A DNA stretch of 64,000 nucleotides from Phoronis australis (taxonomy: Eukaryota; Animalia; Phoronida), in assembly GCA_002633005.1 (NCBI GenBank), contig NMRA01000021.1, positions 1,293,629 through 1,357,628 of the forward strand. Reading direction: 5' to 3'. Positions 53,493 to 64,000 of the stretch are shown piece by piece. Within the stretch, counting starts at the first letter, position 1. Every line of letters begins with the position of its first letter. The notes beneath the pieces are model-generated. The model was given only the letters and a program-made list of their open reading frames with translations, made no database searches and had not been told where the DNA came from. Made by a program: the position numbers and the translations under genes.

Positions 53493-55450
53493 CAGTGTAT
53501 ATAGACTAGAGGTCGGTGTAAATAGACCAAGAGATTTTAATAATAGTTGTACTAACATTTTTGGTCTCATCTGAAAGCCCATTCTCTCTAGTTTCGGGAC
53601 CCATATTTGACTATCCCATAACTTTCATTTTTGCTTAAATGGAGCCATTTTTGGGGTCACTTGATCCTAAAAAATTAGCTCGATTTTCATGTGTGTTGCT
53701 AATTATTGTCATAAAAAAGCTAATTATGAGGTTTTCACTATACTATCAATTTTGTACAATCACATGAACCCAAACTTTATAAAAAATAACATTTCAACTT
53801 TGGCACATCAATGACCTCTTGCGGTCAAAGGTCAACTCCGGGATATCATGGTGCCGTACGTCCATCACAAAAAAGTGTTAAAAAGTTTAGATACGTTAAA
53901 AGTTTTTAATCAAAATTAAAATAATTTCAGATTCTCTTTTAACTTGTTACTCAATACTATTGACCAAAATTTCGGATCCCACGCATTATTCGTTTAGTCA
54001 GAAATTGTGTGACAGCATACAGCAAATTTGTACGTCCGTCCGTCACACCCATGAAATTGCAATCTTTCTACCAATAAAAATAACGTTAGGTCATATTTTT
54101 ACTTTCTAAACTTGCCTGATAAAACGTATCTCACACCTAAGAACCTTAAAACCATCATCTTTAAAATTTAGTGAAGAAGTTGTTACAGATTTTAACTAAA
54201 TGCATTGATTTTTTTCAATTTATTTGCAAAAAAGTCATCTATTTACTCTTAGTAGAATTCAAGTTATTAAAATCAAACAGTTATACCACATTATAAAATG
54301 TAAATAAAACAAAATGTTAATTTAATGAACTTATTATTTTCTGTTGGTACCCCGTGTTAGTAAAGAAATACTTAGCTTTTGGGAAATTCAAGATGCAAAA
54401 ATATTCATACAAAAGAAATCCTAAGGTGCTCAAGAGTATAGCAAATAACAAGAGACCTAAAGGAATACATGTCAAGTTGCTATTGCACTGGAATCAACAT
54501 GTTATTTCTGCTCTGATCTGCTATGCTGAGTTGGGTGCTGAAAAAGCAGATACCAGGAATTTTCAAGCGGTAAGAATCTGTCACCTACTTTATTGAGCAT
54601 TTTTGTCACACCCTTACTGACTGTAGGCACTATTTTTGTGTTTTTCAGTGTATTGGGTCATTGGGTGGCTTGTATGAAGTTATTTCATCGCAAATTATTA
54701 CATTGTCTCATCTTACATATTTTTGATCTTTCAATCTTTTTAAGAATGAGTCGACTAATATTTTTTCTGCTGAACTTCGAGGAGATTTAACCCCATTTAG
54801 AAAGGATAGAGGAAATTGTTGGAGACCACGGGAAGAACAGACACAACTGGGAGAAGAATAAATATCTGCTGGAATATACTCTGAAACTTGAAAAAAGTGC
54901 CATCATGGATCAAATTCATAATTGTACTTGCACGTTCTGTGATACGGCATTATATAAAGCCTCATATTAAATTTGAAAAGAAGGCATGAGTTAAAGAGAT
55001 GGATGAAAACCTAATCATTTTAATAACTAAATAGAAACCAGCATCTGATAAGTTAGCTCTACATATTCCTAAATCATAATCCTAAATGCAATTAATTTAA
55101 AATGTCTTGTTTTCACACTGGAAGATAGCACAGGTGATTTGAATCAAAATATGAATGCCAAAAGTCGATGATGTCTACTAAACCATATGCTTCACACTTG
55201 GCTTTAATAACATACTGAAGTCCTGTTACTAACACTTTAAAAACATCACAGTTATTACTTACATGGGCATGCATCAGAACCATCGACAGCATGGATCAGA
55301 GAATAATTTTGTACAAGCGCTAAGGACAAGTTCTAATTTAAAAACAATTAATAAAAATGCATTTTTATGACAGTGATTAGTAATGTTTCAAACTTTATTT
55401 CCCAGGGCCATTTTATATTTTGACTGTCATATTTACTTATTAGTTTTGAN

Positions 55451-55597
55451 TAATAAGCGCCCATGTTCGGTTAACCGCCCATCCCCTACTTTAGGTGGAT
55501 TTTCAATTTAACCGCCCACTGCTCGGTTAACCGCCCTCCCCCGATTTTTTGGATTCGCCAATTTAACCGCCCAGGGCGTTAACCCGAACGATTACGG
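55451..55597. mobile_element. Right part of a pogo-like MITE adjacent to n55450
   Basis: Repeated ttaaccgccc motifs; ends gggcgttaacccgaacgattacgg-TA. Confidence 0.55.
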
Positions 55598-55598
55598 T

Positions 55599-57190
55599 AG
55601 TAGCAAAAGACCAATATACCTTAAATACTGCAAAAGTTTGAATCATTCTGAATTGATATCTTAGTCACAACAAACAATTTAATACTAAAAATTCAGAGCT
55701 TACGTCCATCACGTACGTACGTCACCGTGACAGTAACTCGACTTATGTCGTGCTGTCTGACAAAAATTTATTTGCAGATATCATCAAAAAATTAGTGTGT
55801 TGTACTTTGTAAACATTCCACTAAATCATCATATAAAACAAAAAAATGTAACTTAATGCAACTCGCAGAAAATTAACGTTAAAACTTTTTTAAAAAAATC
55901 AAATTCTCTACGTATGTCCGTCACATCCCTTTAAAGACAATGTTCTTAGTCAGATTAAAAGATAGGGGAAAAGTTAATACATGCTTTGAAAGCTATCAGC
56001 GAGACCTATCAATTGATGTATTAATTACTTTCCTAGGGTGAACATTTTTTCACAATTGATCAAAATGTTCTCTGATTGTACATCCATCACAAATGGAATT
56101 GCCCAGAGGCAGTCCTTTATAAATGACTATGTTGTATTACTGCAGGTTCACTAGCTAGGCCTCTAGAAGTACTCACCAGTTAAAACACAGCTACTCAAGC
56201 TTCAGTAAAACCCAATCCAGGTGCCCATCCCTGACAGCCTGATTGCTTGCTGAAACACTGCCAGCAGGGTTCCCGCCAGCAGTATAAATATTAAAAGAAA
56301 CATCCGGGGAACCATAAAACTGACAAATCACAAGACACCACAGAAAGATAAAGGTCAAATGATGTTGACTATTACAACAACTATTACTGTTATTTACTAA
56401 GAGTTTCCCTAATGTGCCACGCGGTATCTTCAATATACTAGCCAATTTTGGGGTCTTGTGACACGCGTGATCATTATAGTTATCATTCCTGCCAAGAGGG
56501 GTCACAGTTTTATAATGGCGATTACTCGAGATTGGCTGCCGCAAAAGAACACCTCATAAAAACCGTGAATGCATGAATAAGAAGAGCCTAAATAATACGA
56601 TTAATACATTTTTGGAATCACCATGATCACCACATTCCCAGTCATGATTTCGTGCAAAAGGTCAATCGGTACATTTTGATTAAAAACATTGAATCAGTAG
56701 CAAAAGATCAATATAACTTAAAAACTGCAAAAGTTTGAATCATTCTGAATTGATATCTTAGTCACAACAAACAATTTAATAATAGAAAATCAGAGGGTAC
56801 ATCCGTCACGTACGTCCGTCACACGCACTCAACTTACATCGAACTGTCTTACGAAAAATTTCTTAGAAGATATCATTAAAAAATTTTGTACTTTGCAAAC
56901 ATTGAACTAAGTCATAATATAAAACAAAAAATTGTAACCAAATGCAACTCACAAAAAATTAACGTTAATTTTTTTTTCAAAATTTCAAATTCTCTGTGTA
57001 CGTCTCTCACACCCCTTTAAAGGTAATTTTCTCAGTCAGATAAAAGGATAGGAGAAAAGTTATACACGCTTTGAAAGCTATCAGCGAGACCTATCAATTG
57101 ATGTATTAATTATTTTCCTAGGATGCACAGTTTTTTCACAATTGATCAAAATGTTCTCTGATTGTGCGTCTGTCACAAATGGAATTGCTC
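55599..57190. repeat. About 500-bp diverged direct repeats (55599-56104 and 56696-57190), likely right ends of a DNA transposon
   Basis: Both run agtagcaaaaga...ctttgaaagctatcagcgagacctatcaattgatgtatt...acaaatggaattgc(c/t)c. Related cgtccgtcac motifs occur at 53850-54050. Confidence 0.75.
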
Positions 57191-57289
57191 ATTTATTTAA
57201 ACTTAAGACTGGGTGACCACTTCAGTGAGTACACTGATTTTCAAGTGGGCCCAGTCGGAAATAATTACACAAAGTAAAACAACAAACTA

Positions 57290-57815
57290 GTATCTACAAT
57301 TAGATTGAAAAAATTAATAAGTAAAGTAAATTAATATGAAATTAGTTATTATGTACAATTACATGAATAAATAAGATAAAAGCAGAGTAAAATAACAATG
57401 ACCTAGTGCCTACAATCCTGAACAAAGTCCCAGTATTTCTGCTTGAAGATGTGGACGTTTGGTGTGTTCGTGACAGCAGTCCCCAGCCTGTTGTTAGTGA
57501 CCTCTGTAGGTCTTTTGAAAGTTTAAATGAAAGGCATGCCTGCTAACCAGGCTGCACCAACAAAGTGTATCAAGGAGATCGGAAATAGAAAACTCATTAG
57601 TAAAGGCCACAATAGTTGGGTATCAGCCTCCCAGCCTTGTTTTGGAATTTTTGAAGTCTATTCTGAAGGTATGATGCACAGGTACAGGTCTCACATAACA
57701 TCACAGTAATCAAAGTGTGGTACAATTAGACTCTTGTACAGAGTCTTGAAGAGTAGCCTGATCAACATAGCTCCTGGCTCTGTACAAAAGCCCAATCCAC
57801 TGAGAAACTTTGTTT
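57290..57815 (-). mobile_element. Degenerate L2/Crack-like LINE 3' fragment
   Basis: KVSQWIGLLYRARSYVDQATL / TLYKSLIVPHFDYCDV motif with a frameshift, followed by a T-rich 3' UTR. Confidence 0.7.
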
Positions 57816-58414
57816 TGGTGTCCATGGATTTATCAGTGGTCTATTTACTTTTTCACAGCTAAGAATGCCTTTCGTTAATTATTGGCCACTGCCAAACGCG
57901 CTGATTGGTGAGTTGGTACTTTCCAGTTCTTTACCCAGTTATCCTCAATTTCATGTGGTAAAGTATACAATTTAATGACATTGCCTGGCAACAGGAAGAC
58001 AATTTTATCAAATTCTAATTATTTTAAAAATTTGCATTTTTGAAGTTATTTTGACTGATCATATCACTAATTGTGATTGATGCTATGACCTCTGAGCTGT
58101 TGATTGTTGAAGTTTAATGGACTAAAAATTTAAACAATTATGATTTAGGACTTAAGTTTGAAATGTCAGACATGAGGCACCATATGCCAGGGCTGATAGT
58201 GTAAAGATTTCAACCAAACCTTCATTAACTGTTCATAGTGTTTTTTTCACCTGAAATCTAAATGTATCTAATTAGAATACGTTCCTCAATATACCTGGCA
58301 TCGTAATTTTAGAGTGTCACGAAACAATGTGAAGTGAGTAAGAATTATTAATCTTCATGCACGCCATATGTTGGTCACATCACGTGGCCTATAGTTAAAT
58401 GTGAAAAGATCTCT

Positions 58415-58485
58415 GCTGCGACCTGGGATCAAACGCGGGACTTTCTGCTAACTGTGCAGGCACTCTTGTCAACTGATCTATCACC
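58415..58485 (-). mobile_element. Degenerate tRNA-derived SINE head
   Basis: tagatcagttg A-box-like, cctgc-acagtta-gcag anticodon-like stem, gtttgatccc B-box-like. Confidence 0.4.
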
Positions 58486-59444
58486 GATTATAGATTTGAT
58501 AGGAAGCATCTTACCCAAAATTGGTTGTGCAATACATGATGTATATAATTGTGTTGTGATAACAACACAATTTGAGTGTGTCTTAATCTAGTAACTTCAT
58601 AGCAATCCACCAACAAATAACCTAGAATTTTTGGTGATTGCGCCTTGTGTTTTGCATATGTTCATAATATCTTATTTCGCCCTTCCGAGTTCTAACTTCA
58701 CAGTAAAAGACTTATACTTGGCTATCCCATGACAAAAATAAATTTTGATTACAACTTACCATTGCGACATATTGGTAAAAAATTGTTCTTCCAATGACAC
58801 GTGATTCCATTGTTATGTCCATCAGTCAAATTGTGTTAAATCGTGATATGTTACTACGTTAGTAAAACATTAATCTGCAATAAAGTTTATCCTACGTGAC
58901 ATTGTATATTTTACTATTTTGCATTTTGGACAGGCACAGGGAGCTGTAGAGCAATGTTTGTAAACTTGTATGTCTCACGAAAGTTTTAAATAGATCTGAC
59001 TATTTCAATAAATCCTTAAAGACGTCTTCAAAATTTTCACAGAAATTTAAGATAAAAAATTTCCATTCTTTCTAAAATTTACTTTTAAGACAATGAAACT
59101 TTTTAGCCAATGAAGAATTTGGATTAATTTTGAAACATAAACTTGTGAAACTCACATCCTTTCCTAATCTTAATCCAAATATTGTGAGTTTTTCAGTTTC
59201 AGACCATAGTACAAGTTTAGTATGAAACTGATTTGTTAGAGCTGTCTAAAAAGAGGATGTCCAGTCCACACCATCTGCACACTGCAGAAATTTAATAATC
59301 TGATTTCCTAAATGTTGTCTGAGCATAATAACCATTATTTCATCACTCATTATAAATAAGTACAATGACATTTGATTTTCTTGCCGAAAACCGCCATTAA
59401 TAATTGTAATCTTTAGATTTAGCTCCATGGTTTATAACATTAAA

Positions 59445-59965
59445 GGCCCTTTCAAACTGACTAAACTCCTGTCCCGGTGAAGCTTCGTCGTAAACTGCAA
59501 AGTTAACTGATCAGAACCATTCATATCAGTGTCCGTAGTTAACAGACACAGAAGTAAACAGTAGGTGACACTGTTGTCATCGAAGTAACTGCAAGGTAGC
59601 GCTGATGCATCATGTGCTTGCTAAGATTTTTTTAATGTGATAATTTGGGAACTTTTTCATGACTTTGTGCTAATTGACATAAAACTTATTTCTAATTCAT
59701 TTGGTGATTATTTGAGTAAAAAGCAACTATTAGCAACGACACTGCCCTTCAGTTGTTGACGATAACAGTGGCCCCTGGCTATAACTTCAATATGACCGAA
59801 GTTGACCATTCATTCTGCACCACAGCGTCGACTCTCCGCTGTTTAATCCACTTGTTGCTGCAAAATTAACTGGTATTGTTAACTTCAATCCAGGACCGAA
59901 GTTAACCATTCATACTGACTGTAACTCCCCAAACCATGGAAGCGTTGATGGAGCATGAAAGGGCC
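59445..59965. mobile_element. Harbinger-like MITE
   Basis: 10-bp TIR ggccctttca / tgaaagggcc; internal gaccgaagtt.accattca repeats. Confidence 0.45.
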
Positions 59966-61020
59966 CAAAGATTATTGAGCTCTGATATTTAACATGGGAA
60001 TCCAGTTTTCATTGAAAATTTCCCCAAAATTAAAATCGGCGTATTAGAGGACATATTCCAGGAGATGGAATTAAAGTCTTTTTCAAAATACTTGATTGAC
60101 TAGACCACGCATGTCATTTTGATTTTCATTGATAACCATTAAAGTTACAAACGACCTATTTGATATGTTGTTCTATAAAACCGGACAATATTTTGTAACT
60201 GCTGTTAAGGAGTTGGACCACAGATCGTTGCTCTAGCCTTTTCACTTTGTGGCCATTTCTGGAGGGCAATTTGCATTTTTCATGCATGATCAGATATTAT
60301 GTCTTCAAGCATTTGATATGCAAAAATTTTCTGCATCATTAATTTTATATTTTTTTTGTAAAAAAGCAGATTTTTATACTACTCTAATATGACATATTTA
60401 ACAAGAGGTTTACTAGGTCATATTCATTAACATAATGACTAAGACATTAATGAAACTTGATACAGGGGAAATCTTTAACTTTTTAGTTCTATTGTTATCC
60501 ATCCATTTAAACAAACAATGCAAGTAGACAACAAATGTTTTGAAAATTTATGCTTAACTGTGTTTTTTGCAGTTTTTTCCGCAACAGTGATTTTTGTGAC
60601 TGACTTCTTGAAAGGTAAATTTAATTCTTTTTGAACATCCATGTTGACCTTCTCAGAATTAAGTTTTATTACCACAACCAGTTGACAATTTCTGTAGAAT
60701 ACAAAATAACTTTGTATGTCTAACGCCCTAAGTGTTGTAGCTCATCATTTTTTCAAGCTTCCCATAATTTTCCTGCTTAGGATAATGCAAACTTAACCTC
60801 ACCCAATACCCAAGCCGATGAATTTCACCAAAGATATGGACAAGTTGTTATAAAGAATTAAAATCTACCAGTGACTGGTGTTCGACATTTTCCTTGTTTT
60901 TGATATTAATATTCATGGATCTGGTACCGTTATAGCACCCTCCAATGAATCTCAAGGGTAGTAGGAATGTTTTAGAGTGACATTCATTTGTGCCAACTAA
61001 GAATTCCTGTTCTTTCCAGA

Positions 61021-61212
61021 ATGGCTGGTTCGCTAAGTTTTGATGACAAACTGCTAGGTGAAAAGACGCACTATTACTGTAGCAGTAGTGAAAGTGAAGA
61101 CGAGGGGGACGGTGAGGGAAGAGGCGATGGAGGGGACAGGAAATCGAGCATACGTGGGCCAACATTTGTTCCGGAGTCTGAGATGAGCGATTATCAAGGG
61201 TTCAGCACAAAC
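61021..61212 (+). CDS. PDCL: Phosducin-like protein (PhLP1), first coding exon
   Basis: MAGSLSFDDKLLGEKTHYYCSSSESEDE...GFSTN matches the PDCL N-terminus (LDDKLLGEK..YY.SSSE). Acceptor tttccag at 61019 implies an upstream non-coding exon; GTGAGT donor. Confidence 0.93.
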
Positions 61213-62063
61213 GTGAGTGAATAAATCGTTAATAGTCCCTTACTCAGGCACCACATTTTGAGAACCAGTTTTCTCCACTGAATAATAGGCGTTAAACTGG
61301 TTCTCAAAATGCGGACCTCTGTAAGTGACTTGCTGTAAGTGACTATTGCCAATCTATCGACCGAGCAGGTATTGATCCAGCTGATGAAGGTGTCTAAGTC
61401 CCCTTGCCAGGGTGCATTTGTATCGAGCTGCAATAGAGGAATACCTAGTGCCCCCTATTGTCAGGCTGTCCTCTTGTTTTGACCTGGGCTTATACGTTTT
61501 AACAGTTTTGCTTCTCGTTTAGAAATTTGGATTGATTAGCTCTAGACTTTTCTTTCTTGGTTATTGGCAAACTTGTGATTTTTTCTTACTTTTTGAACGC
61601 TTGTGGCCGCTAATGTTTTTAATTACTAATAGCTTATTTTTGAGTTTTATTTTCTGTTATTATGGTAGGAGACATTAATACAAAATCACTACGCCTATAC
61701 ACTACAATTACGTAATGAGTTACTGAACTTATTGAAATGAGATACTGCATTTAATAAAATGGAATACTGAGTTTTTTTAATAAACACGATACCATGTTTA
61801 GTAAAATGTGTCATCACTGGTGGGAAGACTATTGTTATGAACTGTGTTTTGAGAGTTTTCGAATAATTAAGTTCTTCAAGGCAACTTTGGCCAAAAACAT
61901 TCCTCAGGGTTTTTACTCAGATTGAATCGATTTTTTTGTGCAGAGAACCATTTTATGGCAATGAAAACCAATCACCTGTTGTAATTCATTATTGTTCTAG
62001 ACTGGGCCAAAAGGTGTCATCATTGCCAATCTGCAATATTATTGTAATTCATTATTGTTCTAG

Positions 62064-62189
62064 ACTGGGCCAAAAGGTGTCATCAATGACTGGAGGCGGT
62101 ACAAACAGCTGGAGACAGAGAAAAGGGAGGAGCAAGCAAAGGAACGAGATGAATTGATCAAGAAGTTGTCAGTCACTTGTAGATCACAT
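62064..62189 (+). CDS. PDCL: PDCL second coding exon; the gene appears to continue beyond the window
   Basis: TGPKGVINDWRRYKQLETEKREEQAKERDELIKKLSVTCRSH, including the phosducin G-beta-gamma-binding TGPKGVINDW motif; ttctag / GTAAGT. Confidence 0.95.
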
Positions 62190-63372
62190 GTAAGTAGGCG
62201 GTCCTCAACATTACATTAGTCATGTGGGGGCCATATGCATACTGGCTGGGGCATGTTGATTCTACGGTCAAGGTCACATGGTGTGACACTGAAGTTCAAC
62301 AGGGCTGAATGATCCTTACTATAATCTTTTTGAAGTTGGAATAAAGTACATCTTCATGTTCAAGCTGACTAATATTATTCAAGCTTGGCCAATATCATTC
62401 AAGCTTGGCAAATATTCAAGTTCGGCCCATCAAGGTTTTTAGTCGTCTTGCTCCAAAGGGAAGCCCACTCGATACTAAATTTACCATGGGGGGGTCTGTT
62501 TTGAATGGATGTGCTTTACAGAAACTCCTTACTATTACTATGTGAAAACATAAAAGCGCAGTATGGTGAAAGGGCTGTTAAGAAGCCCTAGAACTTAATT
62601 CAAAGTGTCACTGTCGAGAGCAAACGGCATGAGCGTAAGTGTTGGAGGAGGGGGTAATTGGGTTCAGATCTCAACTCATTTCAGCAACATCATGTTCACA
62701 GAGCAGGATTGTCTATAGGACAGTAGGAGGTAATGCAATTTTAATAAAAAATTAAAATTAATGAATGACTTGAACACAATTTTTGGGTGAATTTATTGAT
62801 TGTACGTAATAAGCTGATTATTATATCTCATTTTTCTCTCAGCTGCAATGTTCATGTTTCTTACCATTCAGCAAGAAAAGGAAACATTAACGTGCTGATC
62901 CCTGTCACCATGCAGTAGTTGAAATAAGCAAAACTGTTTCATCCACCACCTACGAACAGAATATCAGATAGACGATACCATCCAATTTGATGAATCGTTT
63001 TACTCCGGAAGAAAAGTTTGCATACTAAAGTACTAAAAAGATTGACCTCGACTTTGTATTTTCATGAAATTTATTGCCAGTCAATGACTGATGTCCTCAG
63101 TTATCTTACAAAGATTGCCTTTGTCTTTGTTCTACTGCCAAAGTAAAACACTTGGCCGATACCCTGATTTAATTTTTGGAACTATGCCTAATATTTATGA
63201 CCAGAAAAAAAGAACGTGAAATGAAAACTAAAGCACCAACACCAGCACCTAATAGTTAACTTGGTAACTAGGACCAGGGCCCGGAATGTAATGTAAATGT
63301 ACTCGAAAGTAAGTTAAACTCGAAATTATTTTTGGCAATTTCTCTGAGCTACTTTAGTGCAAACTCAAGATA

Positions 63373-64000
63373 CCGTATTCGCCGTAATAACTGCCCATGC
63401 CCCTATAAGCGCCCCCCCCACGCCTTTTCAGACTTTGCTGAAATAAGCGCCCAGTCCATTAACGTGTACATGCGAACAGTGACGAACCTACAGTCCTAAA
63501 ACTCGGATACAGTAACGTCTTCAATTTATCAAAAAAATTTTGCACGGGTCTTCTAGACCACCAGCGGCACTGCTGTGTTTGTATTTTGCTGTGACTTTAC
63601 ACTTCAAAGTAACGCAGCGCTTCAAAAAGAACGCAACAGCGTTGCTACACTCTCGCGACGACCGTGTCCCACTATGGTCTGACCTTTCAGTAGACACATC
63701 GACTGTCTCATGAACAAAAATAACTCAGTGTTAAACGCACGTGGCCAGGAAGCGTGCGCTACATACATGAACCTGTCATCAAAGACATTAGTCGGGAACT
63801 ATCCATTCATGAAACAGGTAGCATAGCATCGGTAAGAAATGAATATTGGCACTAATTTCCGACAATTTCTAATACTATAAAACATGTTTGCGTTATTTTT
63901 GAGATGGATTGTTTGATTAACCATAATTGGTGTTTTTAAGCCGAATATCCGATAAAATGACAACTGACAGTGAATGCTTACACACCCTTACACCGAAAAA
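63373..64000. mobile_element. pogo-like MITE in a PDCL intron (left end; family of 46840-47917)
   Basis: TA-ccgtattcgccgtaataactgcccatgcccctataagcgcccc...aaataagcgcccagtccat, colinear with 46840-47300. Confidence 0.7.

Overview
Eukaryotic, intron-rich, AT-rich genomic DNA, most consistent with a repeat-rich, heterozygous invertebrate; no bacterial operons, rRNA or CRISPR. Three host genes can be assembled by hand from GT-AG splice sites. (1) A 12-exon gamma-glutamyltransferase/glutathione hydrolase on the minus strand (about 6533-23917, 607 aa, all intron phases consistent). (2) An uncharacterised basic, K/R-rich minus-strand gene (about 38800-52298) ending in RKRKKTRSKQKNIKKDNRPEHL, two exons of which appear twice in a tandem block joined at a single 'n'. 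(3) The first two coding exons of phosducin-like protein (PDCL) on the plus strand (61021 onward), with a duplicated splice acceptor. The rest is transposon-derived or simple repeat: 5'-truncated LINEs with TSDs (one RNase H-bearing, with a nested insertion), an internally deleted Kolobok-like element (THAP plus KolX-like remnants, TTAA TSD), MITEs (three with 5-bp TSDs), tRNA-derived SINE heads, a minimal hammerhead ribozyme, and micro/minisatellites including a 10x73-bp hairpin array. I found no convincing evidence of a wholly new biological system. The best leads are the PDCL acceptor duplication, the hammerhead, the Kolobok remnant and the frame-preserving exon-pair duplication, which is probably a haplotype artefact.
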